From NCBI GenBank assembly GCA_945902735.1, contig CAMDNF010000001.1, positions 10,594 through 74,593 on the forward strand: a stretch of 64,000 bases of DNA, given 5' to 3'. Source of the DNA: Rhizobium sp. Q54. GTDB taxonomy: Bacteria > Pseudomonadota > Alphaproteobacteria > UBA828. A program made the translations under genes and the position numbers. Numbering within the stretch: position 1 is the first letter of the stretch; each line of letters begins with the position of its first letter. Below are positions 10,935-20,138 of this stretch, one piece after another. A model generated the notes under the pieces. It saw only the letters and a program-made list of their open reading frames with translations. It did no database searches and was not told the origin of the DNA.

Positions 10935-12761
10935 ATGGACGTGACCCCACGACTTCCCCCGTCTGCCGCTCAGGCGCCCCGCCATGGATTGCGTTGGTTG
11001 CGCCTGTGGGGCCTCGCCGCGCTTTGCGCGGTGATGGCTGTCGCGATCGTCGGCGCGTGTGCGCAAAGCGATTCGGCGAGCGAGAAAAAAACCGCCGAGG
11101 CGATCTCAAGCGAAGAGGCGATTACCCACAAAGAAGTGGTATCGGGCTTCGGCAATTATCTTGCCGGTCGATTTGCCTATGCGAGCCATGACATCGGCTC
11201 GGCCGCCGAATATATGCGCAAAGCGCTCGATGATGATCCGGGCGATCGGAGCTTGTTGCAGCGAACCGTAACGCTCTTGGTTGCTGATGGGCGTATTGAT
11301 GACGCCGTCGCGCTGGCGCCGCGCTTGATCAAGGCGGAGCCATCGGCGCGCATCGCGCATTTGCTACTGGCGCTCGACAACATAGGTCGCGGTCGCCGCG
11401 AGGCGGCAAAGACCAATCTGACCAGCATTCCGCGCGATGGCGTCTACGTCTTGTTGGTGCCGGCGATCGAGGCCTGGGTGGCGTTCGCCAATGGCGATAG
11501 CAAGGGCGCCTTCGACTTGCTTGCACCATTGTCACAGCGCCAAGCCTATAGCGGCTTTTACAGCTTCCAGGCCGGTTTGATCGCCGATGCGGCGGGCGAC
11601 GCCAAAACGGCCGAGGCGCAATATAAGAAGGCCATCGAGGCGACACCCGGCGGCTCGCTGAGAACGGTGGAAGCCTTTGGCGCGCTTCTGGAGCGCGCGG
11701 GTCGACTCGATGAAGCAAAAAAAATCTATAACGCCTATCTCGCTGAGAACGAAGAATCGGTCTGGCTTGAGACCGTGCAAGAGCGCCTTGCGCGCGGTGA
11801 AAAGCCTGGGCCCGCGCTGAGCGATCCCTTGGATGGCATTGCCGAAGCGTTGTTCGATGCGGCGAGCGCGGTGCCGCAAGAAAGCGGCAATGATGCGGGC
11901 CTCCTCTATGCCCGCTTGGCGCTCGACATAAGGCCGGATTTCGACGTCGCGCGGATTCTTATCGGTGAAACGTTCGAGGCTTTGAGGCGGTTCGACGACG
12001 CCTATGCGATCTATCGCGCGGTCTCGCCGGAATCAGCGTTCTCGTGGACGGCGCGGCTGCGTGCCGCCGGGAGCCTGGCTGAGATCGGGCGGGTCGATGA
12101 GGCCATCGCGGATTTGCGCGTCGCTATGGCCGAACGGCCGGACCGCTCTGATGGCGCCGTTACGCTCGGCGATGTGCTGCGTCAAGCCGAGCGCTATGGT
12201 GATGCCGCCGAGGCCTATGATTTGGCCTTCGCACGGATCAAGACGATTGAACCGCACCATTGGTCGCTCTTCCATGTGCGCGGGATATGCTTCGAACGGA
12301 TCAAGAATTGGCCGCGTGCCGAAGCGGATTTTCTCAAGGCGTTGGAACTCGAACCCGAGCAGCCGCTGGTGCTCAATTATCTCGGTTACTCATGGGTTGA
12401 GCAGGGCACCAATCTTAAGAAAGCGCTCGACATGATCGAGCGGGCGGTCGAGCTGCGCCCCAATGATCCCTATATTGTCGATAGTATCGGTTGGGCGCTG
12501 TACCAGACCGGCGATTATTCGGGCGCTATCTACAATCTCGAAAAGTCGGTCGAGTTGCTTTCGAACGATCCGGTCATCAATGACCATTTGGGCGACGCGT
12601 ATTGGCAGGCCGGACGCAAGACGGAAGCGCGCTTCCAATGGGAGCGTTCGCTGAATCTGAATCCTCAGGACGAAATGGCGGCGAAGATTCGGTTGAAGCT
12701 CAATCGTGGCCTCGCGGCAGAGGCCGAAACCGATACAACGCGCCAGACCAAGACCGAGTGA
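10935..12761 (+). CDS. tetratricopeptide-repeat lipoprotein
   Basis: 608 aa; signal peptide with lipobox IVGAC; multiple TPR units (e.g. AEAQYKKAIEA, AEADFLKALELEP, AIYNLEKSVELL). Conserved position upstream of ispE. Confidence 0.7.
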   Translation: MDVTPRLPPSAAQAPRHGLRWLRLWGLAALCAVMAVAIVGACAQSDSASEKKTAEAISSEEAITHKEVVSGFGNYLAGRFAYASHDIGSAAEYMRKALDDDPGDRSLLQRTVTLLVADGRIDDAVALAPRLIKAEPSARIAHLLLALDNIGRGRREAAKTNLTSIPRDGVYVLLVPAIEAWVAFANGDSKGAFDLLAPLSQRQAYSGFYSFQAGLIADAAGDAKTAEAQYKKAIEATPGGSLRTVEAFGALLERAGRLDEAKKIYNAYLAENEESVWLETVQERLARGEKPGPALSDPLDGIAEALFDAASAVPQESGNDAGLLYARLALDIRPDFDVARILIGETFEALRRFDDAYAIYRAVSPESAFSWTARLRAAGSLAEIGRVDEAIADLRVAMAERPDRSDGAVTLGDVLRQAERYGDAAEAYDLAFARIKTIEPHHWSLFHVRGICFERIKNWPRAEADFLKALELEPEQPLVLNYLGYSWVEQGTNLKKALDMIERAVELRPNDPYIVDSIGWALYQTGDYSGAIYNLEKSVELLSNDPVINDHLGDAYWQAGRKTEARFQWERSLNLNPQDEMAAKIRLKLNRGLAAEAETDTTRQTKTE

Positions 12762-13663
12762 GCGCCGCGTCTCTTGCCGGCGCGGTACGTATCGCCGCGC
12801 CTGCCAAGCTGAATTTGTTTCTCCATATCGTCGGCCGTCGGCCCGATGGCTATCATTTGCTCGATAGCCTGATCGCTTTTGCCTCGGTGCATGACACGCT
12901 GGTCGCTGCACCGGCGCACCAACTCACATTGACGCTCGATGGACCGTTCGGCGCCGATCTTGACGGCGCGGGCGATGATAATTTGGTGTTGAAGGCGGCG
13001 TGGGCCTTGGCCGAGGTGGCCGGTCAACCGGCGCAGGGCGCGCTCAGATTGACCAAGCGCCTACCCGTTGCGTCGGGTATCGGGGGCGGCAGCGCCGATG
13101 CGGCGGCGGCCATCAAGGCGCTGGTGAAATTATGGCGGCTGACACCAACGCCAGAGCAGCTATCAAGCATTGCCTTGTCGCTTGGCGCGGACGTTCCAGT
13201 TTGCCTTGCGGGTCATGTAGCACGCGTTGGCGGTATTGGTGAGGGCATCGCGACGGTTGGTCGGTTGCCGAATTGTGGGCTTGTGCTGGTCAACCCGAGA
13301 GTGCCGCTCGCAACCGCTGCGGTGTTCAAGGCCCGGCAAGGCGTCTTCTCTCGGCGGGCGTCCTTTGATCGCATGCCAAACGATGTCGCGGGTTTGGCCG
13401 CCGCGCTTCGTAACACGAACAATGATCTCGAAGCGCCGGCGCGGGCTCTCTTGCCCTTGATCGATGACGTGCTGGAGGCGATCGCAGGGCTCAAGGGCTG
13501 TCTGATCGCTCGCATGTCAGGTAGCGGGGCGACGTGTTTCGGTTTGTTCGCTGATGAACGAGCGGCGCAATCGGCCAGTGCCGATTTGGCGACGCGGAAT
13601 CAAGGTTGGTGGGTTGCGCCAGGTCGATTATTGAACGCGACCGACGATCTCGTCCCGCTCTGA
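12758..13663 (+). CDS. ispE: 4-diphosphocytidyl-2-C-methyl-D-erythritol kinase
   Basis: GHMP kinase motifs PAKLNLFLHIVGRRPDGYHLLDS and LPVASGIGGGSADAAA. Start assigned to GTG 12758-12760 overlapping the upstream stop (GTGA); the track ORF extends upstream to 12602. Confidence 0.85.
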   Translation: MSAASLAGAVRIAAPAKLNLFLHIVGRRPDGYHLLDSLIAFASVHDTLVAAPAHQLTLTLDGPFGADLDGAGDDNLVLKAAWALAEVAGQPAQGALRLTKRLPVASGIGGGSADAAAAIKALVKLWRLTPTPEQLSSIALSLGADVPVCLAGHVARVGGIGEGIATVGRLPNCGLVLVNPRVPLATAAVFKARQGVFSRRASFDRMPNDVAGLAAALRNTNNDLEAPARALLPLIDDVLEAIAGLKGCLIARMSGSGATCFGLFADERAAQSASADLATRNQGWWVAPGRLLNATDDLVPL

Positions 13664-13669
13664 TCGTTT

Positions 13670-15004
13670 CTACAATTCCCAACGGCGCATGCCGGGTGGG
13701 AGCGCGACATTTCGCCAAATGCCCTTGAGGTCGGCGACCAAGCCACTTGGCGCGACCAAGCGGCCGAAGGTCGCGCTTTCGAATGTGGTGTAGAGCCGGT
13801 GCGCCACGGCGCCGAGCACACAGGCATAGCCGTTCAAGCCATCGAGGCTCTTGACCAGTGTGATCCCGTAAAAGCGCGCTGCCTCGCCCGGATCGGCGAG
13901 CGGGTCGTGCACATCGACGCGGTAGCCCCGCTCATTCAGCCGCGTCACGATATCGACGACGCGGGTATTGCGTAGATCGGGCACGTTTTCCTTGAAGGTG
14001 AGGCCGAGCACGAGAATGGATCGCTCGGCGGGCTGACCCAAGGAATCGGCGAGCGAATCCGCGATGAACGCGCCCATGGCATCGTTCAGCCGACGCCCCG
14101 CCAAAATGATCTCTGGGTTGTGGCCGATCTCGACCGCGCGGTGCGCCAGATAATAGGGGTCGACGCCAATGCAGTGACCGCCAACGAGGCCCGGCTTGAA
14201 GTCGAGGAAATTCCACTTCGTGCGTGCAGCCGCCAACACATCGTGCGTCGCGATGCCCAATTTGTGGAAGATCTGCGAAACCTCATTGATGAAGGCGATG
14301 TTGATGTCGCGCTGCGCGTTTTCGATGACTTTGGCGGCCTCTGCGGTTTTGATATCGCGCGCGATGAAAACGCCGCCTGACGTGATCGCGCCATAAAGGG
14401 CGCCGAGCCGCGCGGCGATCTCAGGCTTTTGCGCCGCCACCACCTTGGTGATGGTCTCGACACGATGCTCGCGATCGCCGGGGTTGATGCGCTCCGGCGA
14501 GTAGCCGAGCTCGAAATCGACACCGGCCCGGAGGCCCGAGGCGCGGGCCAGGACCGGCGCGCAAATCTCTTCGGTGACGCCGGGCCAGACCGTGCTCTCG
14601 AACACCACGATGGCGCCCTTGGAAAGGGCGCGCCCAACCGTTTCCGAGGCTGAAATGACGGCCGATAGATCTGGCTTGTTCTGTTCGTCGACCGGGGTGG
14701 GGACGGTGACGATGTAAAACTCGGCGCCCTTTATCGCCGCGGGATCATCGCTGAGCTCGAGCGCGCTTGTCTTGAGCGCCTGGCCGTCCACTTCGCGCGT
14801 CCGATCATGCCCGGCGCGGAGTTCGGCAATGCGCGAGCGGTCGATATCAAAGCCGATGACCCGATGATGCCGTGCCATGGCGACCGCGAGCGGCAGGCCG
14901 ACGTAACCGAGGCCGACAATCACGACATTGGTGCGGTGGAGCTGGGCGGGCAAGGCGATCGGACGCTTTTGTGGGGTTGGCTGTCGCCGAGCTAATCGCC
15001 TCAA
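13670..15004 (-). CDS. nucleotide-sugar 6-dehydrogenase (UDP-GlcNAc/UDP-GalNAc dehydrogenase, WbpO/TviB-like)
   Basis: 444-aa ORF; Rossmann VVIVGLGYVGLPLAVAMA, catalytic GGHCIGVDPYYL, C-terminal UDP-binding domain. True start probably a few codons inside the track ORF. Confidence 0.85.
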   Translation of the reverse strand: MRRLARRQPTPQKRPIALPAQLHRTNVVIVGLGYVGLPLAVAMARHHRVIGFDIDRSRIAELRAGHDRTREVDGQALKTSALELSDDPAAIKGAEFYIVTVPTPVDEQNKPDLSAVISASETVGRALSKGAIVVFESTVWPGVTEEICAPVLARASGLRAGVDFELGYSPERINPGDREHRVETITKVVAAQKPEIAARLGALYGAITSGGVFIARDIKTAEAAKVIENAQRDINIAFINEVSQIFHKLGIATHDVLAAARTKWNFLDFKPGLVGGHCIGVDPYYLAHRAVEIGHNPEIILAGRRLNDAMGAFIADSLADSLGQPAERSILVLGLTFKENVPDLRNTRVVDIVTRLNERGYRVDVHDPLADPGEAARFYGITLVKSLDGLNGYACVLGAVAHRLYTTFESATFGRLVAPSGLVADLKGIWRNVALPPGMRRWEL

Positions 15005-15091
15005 ATAGCGCCCATGTCAACCGGCGCGCGGTGGATTTTCGACGACCGAGCTTGCGGAGCGGGCCGCAGCCGTCTATAGCCGGGCCCCAAC

Positions 15092-16072
15092 ATGTCCACC
15101 CTGGTCACTGGCGCCGCCGGCTTTATTGGTTATCACCTTTCCGAGGCGTTGCTCGCCCGCGGCGAAGCTGTGATCGGCGTCGACAATCTGAACGATTATT
15201 ATTCGGTGAAGCTCAAGGAAAGCCGGCTTGAGCGGCTGAAGCGCCACAAGGCGTTTCGTTTCCTCAACGCCGATATTGCCGAGCGCGAGGCCTTCGCCTC
15301 GGCCCTACCCGAGAAGGCGACGATCACCGCCATCGTTCACATGGCGGCGCAAGCGGGCGTTCGCTATTCGTTGGACCACCCCGATGCCTATGTTCGTTCA
15401 AACGTCATGGGTCAGCTTTCGATTCTCGAACTGTGCCGTGTTCTGCCGGCGCTGAAGCACCTGGTCTATGCGTCGACCAGTTCGGTCTATGGCGGCAACA
15501 CGAAGCAGCCGTTTTCGGAGGATGATCGGGTCGATGATCCGATTTCGCTTTATGCGGCGACCAAGAAATCGGCCGAGTTGATGAGCCATGTCTATGCGCG
15601 GCTCTTTGGCATTCCGAGCACCGGGCTTCGTTTCTTCACGGTCTATGGGCCTTGGGGGCGACCCGATATGTCCGCCTATTTGTTTGCCGATGCGATTTTC
15701 GCCGATCGCCCGATCAAGCTTTTCAATGGCGGCGACATGCGACGCGATTTCACTTATGTCGATGATATTGTCGATGGTGTGGTGCGTGTGCTCGACGGCC
15801 CGCCGGTTGCGCGGGACGGCCGACCGCCCGAGCAGATTTACAACATTGGCAATCATCGGCCCGAACAATTGACGCATTATGTGAGCGTGCTCGAGCGGGC
15901 GATCGGCAAGAAGGCGATTATTGAGCTCGCGCCGATGCAGCCGGGCGATGTTAAGGAAACCTACGCTGACATTTCGGCGATCCAGCGCGATTTCGGCTTT
16001 CAGCCCAAGACCTCGATCGAAGAGGGTGTGCCTCGTTTCGTTGCCTGGTTCAAAGCCTATCACGGGGTTTAG
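15092..16072 (+). CDS. NAD-dependent nucleotide-sugar epimerase (UDP-glucuronate/GalNAcA 4-epimerase-like)
   Basis: 326 aa; MSTLVTGAAGFIGYHLSEALL, YASTSSVYG, YAATKKSAE (the SDR YxxxK motif). Divergently paired with the dehydrogenase. Confidence 0.85.
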   Translation: MSTLVTGAAGFIGYHLSEALLARGEAVIGVDNLNDYYSVKLKESRLERLKRHKAFRFLNADIAEREAFASALPEKATITAIVHMAAQAGVRYSLDHPDAYVRSNVMGQLSILELCRVLPALKHLVYASTSSVYGGNTKQPFSEDDRVDDPISLYAATKKSAELMSHVYARLFGIPSTGLRFFTVYGPWGRPDMSAYLFADAIFADRPIKLFNGGDMRRDFTYVDDIVDGVVRVLDGPPVARDGRPPEQIYNIGNHRPEQLTHYVSVLERAIGKKAIIELAPMQPGDVKETYADISAIQRDFGFQPKTSIEEGVPRFVAWFKAYHGV

Positions 16073-16105
16073 ACCGGGCGTTCGCAGCAAGAAGAGTCGC
16101 GCTGA

Positions 16106-17788
16106 ATGAGCGGTGATCAGGCGGGACCCAAATCGTTGGCCGCTGAGCGCTTTAATGAAGCGGCGGCGCGCCATGTCGGCGGGCAAATGGCCGAGGCCGA
16201 GGCGCTCTATCGCGCCGCGCTGGAGCTACAGCCCGACCATGTCGAGGCGCTCGGCAATCTAGCCGCTATTTGTGCGCAAACCGGTCGGTTCGACGAGGCG
16301 GAGACGCTGTGCCGCCGTGCGCTGGCGCTCAGGCCCGATTTCGCGCCGGCGCTCAATACGCTCGGGATTGTGCTTCGCCGGCTCAATCGCTTTGAAGAGG
16401 CCGTGGTCTGTTACCGGCAGGCGCTCGAAATCGCGCCCGACGATGTGGCCACTTGGGGCAATCTTGGCCTCGCGCTGCGCGCGCTCGGTCGGCACGAAGA
16501 CTCCGTGTTTCCCTTCGAGCGTGCGGTCGCGTTGCAGCCGACGCGTGCGTCGAACCACCTCAGTCTAGGCAATGCGCTGAGTGACCTTGGTCGCCTCGCG
16601 GAAGCGGAAGCTGTCTATCGGCAAGCGATCGCACTCGATGCCAATTACGCGGAAGCGCATGGCAATTTGGGCAGCGTCTTGCGCAAACTCGGTCGCCTCG
16701 ATGAGGCTGAAACCGAGCTCAGCACGGCCTTGCGTCTCAATCCCAAGCTGATCTCAACGCGCTATAATTTAGCGAATGCGCACAAGGACGCACTTCGCTT
16801 TGAGGCGGCGATCACGGCCTATCGAGAGGTATTGAGCCTGGATCCAAATCATGTGGCGTCGCATTGGAACCTATCTCACGCACTGCTCGCGGCCGGGCAT
16901 TTGGCGGAGGGCTTCGCCGAGTATGAATGGCGCTGGCGCTTGCCCGCGATGGGATCGCACGGATTCTCAGGGCAAATGTGGGGTCTGTCTGCAAAGCCCG
17001 GTGTGCCTGTCGTGGTTCATGCCGAGCAGGGTTTTGGCGATGCGATCCAATTTGCTCGTTATGTGCCGCTGATCGCGGCGCGCGGTCATCCCGTTACCAT
17101 CAAGGTGCGCGAGCCGCTTCGCCGATTGTTCAACACCATTCCGGGCGTCCATGTTGTAACCGACATGCCGTCGGGTACTCAAATGGGGCGCCATTGCCCG
17201 ATGCTCAGCCTGCCTCATGCTTTCGGTACGCGTCTTGAGACAATTCCCGCCAACGTGCCCTATTTGCAGGCTGAGCCACACGCGGCGGAAAGGTACCGGG
17301 CGAGATATGTCGGTGACCGCCTAAGGGTCGGGCTGGTGTGGCGGGGCAATCCGGAGAAAGATGGCGATGCGTGGCGCTCGCTTGATCCGGCCGAGCTTCG
17401 CTCGCTACTCGCGTTTGATGGCGTGAGGTTTGTCAGCCTGCAAAAACAGCCTATTCCCGGTGATCTTGATGTTCTCCGCCGCTTCGCCGGGCTCGATAAC
17501 CCGATGCCCGAAGTCGAGGACTTCGCTGATACCGCGGCGCTTATTTCTGCGCTCGATGTGGTGATCTCGGTCGATACTGCGGTGGTTCATCTGGCGGGCG
17601 CTTTGGCAAAACCGGTATGGGTGCTGTTGCCTTTTGCGCCGGACTGGCGTTGGTTGACCGGGCGAGACGATAGCCCATGGTATCCAACCGGGCGGCTCTT
17701 CCGGCAATCGAAACCGGGCGATTGGGCCGGGGTTATCGAGCGGGTTGCCTTGGCGCTCGGGGCGTTGATCGACCAGAAGATTTCTTAG
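16106..17788 (+). CDS. TPR-repeat protein with C-terminal GT9 (heptosyltransferase-like) glycosyltransferase domain, paralog 1
   Basis: 560 aa; about 7 TPR units; then EQGFGDAIQFARYVP ... FADTAALISALDVVISVDTAVVHLAGALAKPVWVLLP..DWRW. The (D/S)VDT..HLAGALG/AKP motif is the GT9 family signature. Confidence 0.75.
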   Translation: MSGDQAGPKSLAAERFNEAAARHVGGQMAEAEALYRAALELQPDHVEALGNLAAICAQTGRFDEAETLCRRALALRPDFAPALNTLGIVLRRLNRFEEAVVCYRQALEIAPDDVATWGNLGLALRALGRHEDSVFPFERAVALQPTRASNHLSLGNALSDLGRLAEAEAVYRQAIALDANYAEAHGNLGSVLRKLGRLDEAETELSTALRLNPKLISTRYNLANAHKDALRFEAAITAYREVLSLDPNHVASHWNLSHALLAAGHLAEGFAEYEWRWRLPAMGSHGFSGQMWGLSAKPGVPVVVHAEQGFGDAIQFARYVPLIAARGHPVTIKVREPLRRLFNTIPGVHVVTDMPSGTQMGRHCPMLSLPHAFGTRLETIPANVPYLQAEPHAAERYRARYVGDRLRVGLVWRGNPEKDGDAWRSLDPAELRSLLAFDGVRFVSLQKQPIPGDLDVLRRFAGLDNPMPEVEDFADTAALISALDVVISVDTAVVHLAGALAKPVWVLLPFAPDWRWLTGRDDSPWYPTGRLFRQSKPGDWAGVIERVALALGALIDQKIS

Positions 17789-17837
17789 TGATTCTCGGCC
17801 AAAATCACGCAGGGCGTTCACGACGGCGCGGGCGGTA

Positions 17838-20138
17838 ATGGCGCGGACCAAAAATCGACAGGCCGATGCAAATAGCAAGCTCGCATTGGCTCAACGCTTG
17901 GCCGAGGCGACAGCCTTGCAGCAAAAGGGTGCCGCTGGTCCGGCCGAGCGCCTCTATCGCGAGATGCTCGCCGCCGATCCCAACCAGGCCGATGCGCTGC
18001 ACAATCTCGGCGTGATTTGCGCGCAATCATCGCGGCTCGACGAGGCGCTTGACCTGATCCAGCGCTCGCTCGCGCTGAAGCCAGATTTCGCCGCCGCCCA
18101 TAACAGCCTCGGTATCGTGTTCAGGCGAATGGGGCGTGGTGCCGACGCCATCGCGAATTATGAACGGGCGCTCGACCTCGATCCGTCATACGTCGACGCC
18201 TGCCAAAATCTCGGCCTCGCTCTGCGGCTCGCGGGGCGGTTCGACGAGGCGGTGGTAAGACTGGGCGACGTGGTCCGCAAGAAGCCGGCCTCGCCTGACG
18301 CGCAATTCAATCTCGGGCAGGCGCTCAAGGACGCCGGTCATGTTGAAGCGGCGATGACCGCGTTTCGCGAAGCGATTCGCTTGCGCCCCGACCATGCCGA
18401 GAGCCAACGCGCGCTCGGCGCGGCGCTTCTTCAAACGGGCAAGAATGACGAGGCGCTTATCGCTTATGAATGCGCACTCGCGCTGAAACCCGATCAGCCG
18501 GAACTGCTCAGCCAAATCGGCAATCTGTTGGTGGGCCAAGACCGCCTCGATGAGGCAAAGAGCGCCTTTCGCCGCGCCGTCGCCTTGAAGCCCAATAGCC
18601 CTGAATTGTTGTGCAATCTGGGCGTTGCGCTCAATAATATGGAGCTGTCCGATGAGGCGATCGAAAGCTTCAATCGGGCGCTCGAACTCAGGCCCGATTT
18701 TGCTGAAGCGCTGACTAATCTCGGCGTCGCGTTGCAAGTTGTAGGTCGTCTGGCCGAGGCCGATACGGTTTTGACGCGGGCGGTCGCGTTGAAGCCGGAT
18801 TTAGCAGCCGCTCATACCAATCTCGGCATGCTGCGGGGTACACAAGACCGGGTCGATGAGGCCATCGCTTGCTATCGGCACGCGATTTCCTTGCAGATCG
18901 ACGCCATGGAGGCGCATCAGAATTTGTGCGCGGTCCTGCTGATGCATGGCCAGGTCGATGACGCGATTGAAGCAGGCCGGCGGGCCATCGAAATATCGCC
19001 AAACCATCATGCCTCGCGCTTCAATTTATCGACCGCTCTTTTGACCGCCGGTGAGTTCGCGGAAGGTTGGGAGGACTATGAAGCACGGCCGAGCCACAAG
19101 GAGGCGGGGCGCCGGCTCAAACATGGGCCGCTCTGGAGATTGGAGGCGCCGCGCGGTTCGCGGGTGTTGGTTTATAGCGAGCAAGGGTTGGGCGATTCAA
19201 TTCATTTCGCCCGTTATGTTCGCCTCGTCGAAGCGCGGGGCGATCGCGTCGTACTCGAGACGCGCGGCCCGCTGCGCCGACTGATGAGCAGCCTCGGTAA
19301 AGCAACGCTGATCGAGCCGAATGAACCGGTGCCTGAGGTCGATTATCAAATTTCGCTTGTCAGCCTGCCGCGTGCCTTTGGCACCAGGCTCGACACCATA
19401 CCTGCCGATGTTCCCTATTTGCGGGCGAATGAGAATGATGTCGCGCGGTTTCGTGCGCGCTTTGCTGGCGAGAAATTGTCTATCGGCTTGGTTTGGCGCG
19501 GCAACCCAAATCATAAGAACGATCGGAATCGTTCGCTCGATCCCACGCTTCTCGGGCCGCTGTTCAACGTTGATGGCGTGCGCTTTGTCAGCCTTCAAAA
19601 GCAGCCACGTGACGGCGATCTCGACCTGTTGCGGCGCCTCGGGCCGATCGAAGACCCCACATCAGAACTCAAAGACTTTGCCGATACCGCGGCGCTGATC
19701 GAAGCGCTCGATCTGGTGATCTCGGTCGATACGTCGGTCGCCCATTTGGCCGGCGCCTTGGCGAAGCCGGTGTGGATTCTCCTGCCGTCGTCGGGCGATT
19801 GGCGCTGGTTAATCGACCGGGAAGATAGCCCGTGGTACCCGACCGCGCGTCTATTTAGGCAGGCGAGCTATCGCGATTGGCCAAGTGTGATCGAGCGTGT
19901 CGCCGCCGCTTTGCGCGAGAAGGCCGCCCATGCGCCGGTGCGCGAAGGGGTCGCGCCGCCAGGGTGGTGCAGGATCCCTTCATGGCGGCCGTCGCGCATC
20001 AGCAGGCGGGCCGTGTCGCGGAGGCGGGAGCGCTTTATGACGGGCTCCTTGAGCGCGAGCCCGCTCACGTGGCGGCCCTACTCAATCTCGGTTCGCTTAA
20101 GCTCCAGCGCGGCGACCACGCTGATGCTCTATCGCTAA
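17838..20138 (+). CDS. TPR-repeat protein with C-terminal GT9-like domain, paralog 2 (ORF lacks a stop at the expected end near 19950 and reads into paralog 3)
   Basis: 766-aa track ORF; about 11 TPR units; SEQGLGDSIHFARYV ... FADTAALIEALDLVISVDTSVAHLAGALAKPVWILLP. Paralogs end about 15 aa after the DW(P/A/S/E)xVIERV motif, but this ORF continues about 70 aa further in a different frame from paralog 3. Confidence 0.65.
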   Translation: MARTKNRQADANSKLALAQRLAEATALQQKGAAGPAERLYREMLAADPNQADALHNLGVICAQSSRLDEALDLIQRSLALKPDFAAAHNSLGIVFRRMGRGADAIANYERALDLDPSYVDACQNLGLALRLAGRFDEAVVRLGDVVRKKPASPDAQFNLGQALKDAGHVEAAMTAFREAIRLRPDHAESQRALGAALLQTGKNDEALIAYECALALKPDQPELLSQIGNLLVGQDRLDEAKSAFRRAVALKPNSPELLCNLGVALNNMELSDEAIESFNRALELRPDFAEALTNLGVALQVVGRLAEADTVLTRAVALKPDLAAAHTNLGMLRGTQDRVDEAIACYRHAISLQIDAMEAHQNLCAVLLMHGQVDDAIEAGRRAIEISPNHHASRFNLSTALLTAGEFAEGWEDYEARPSHKEAGRRLKHGPLWRLEAPRGSRVLVYSEQGLGDSIHFARYVRLVEARGDRVVLETRGPLRRLMSSLGKATLIEPNEPVPEVDYQISLVSLPRAFGTRLDTIPADVPYLRANENDVARFRARFAGEKLSIGLVWRGNPNHKNDRNRSLDPTLLGPLFNVDGVRFVSLQKQPRDGDLDLLRRLGPIEDPTSELKDFADTAALIEALDLVISVDTSVAHLAGALAKPVWILLPSSGDWRWLIDREDSPWYPTARLFRQASYRDWPSVIERVAAALREKAAHAPVREGVAPPGWCRIPSWRPSRISRRAVSRRRERFMTGSLSASPLTWRPYSISVRLSSSAATTLMLYR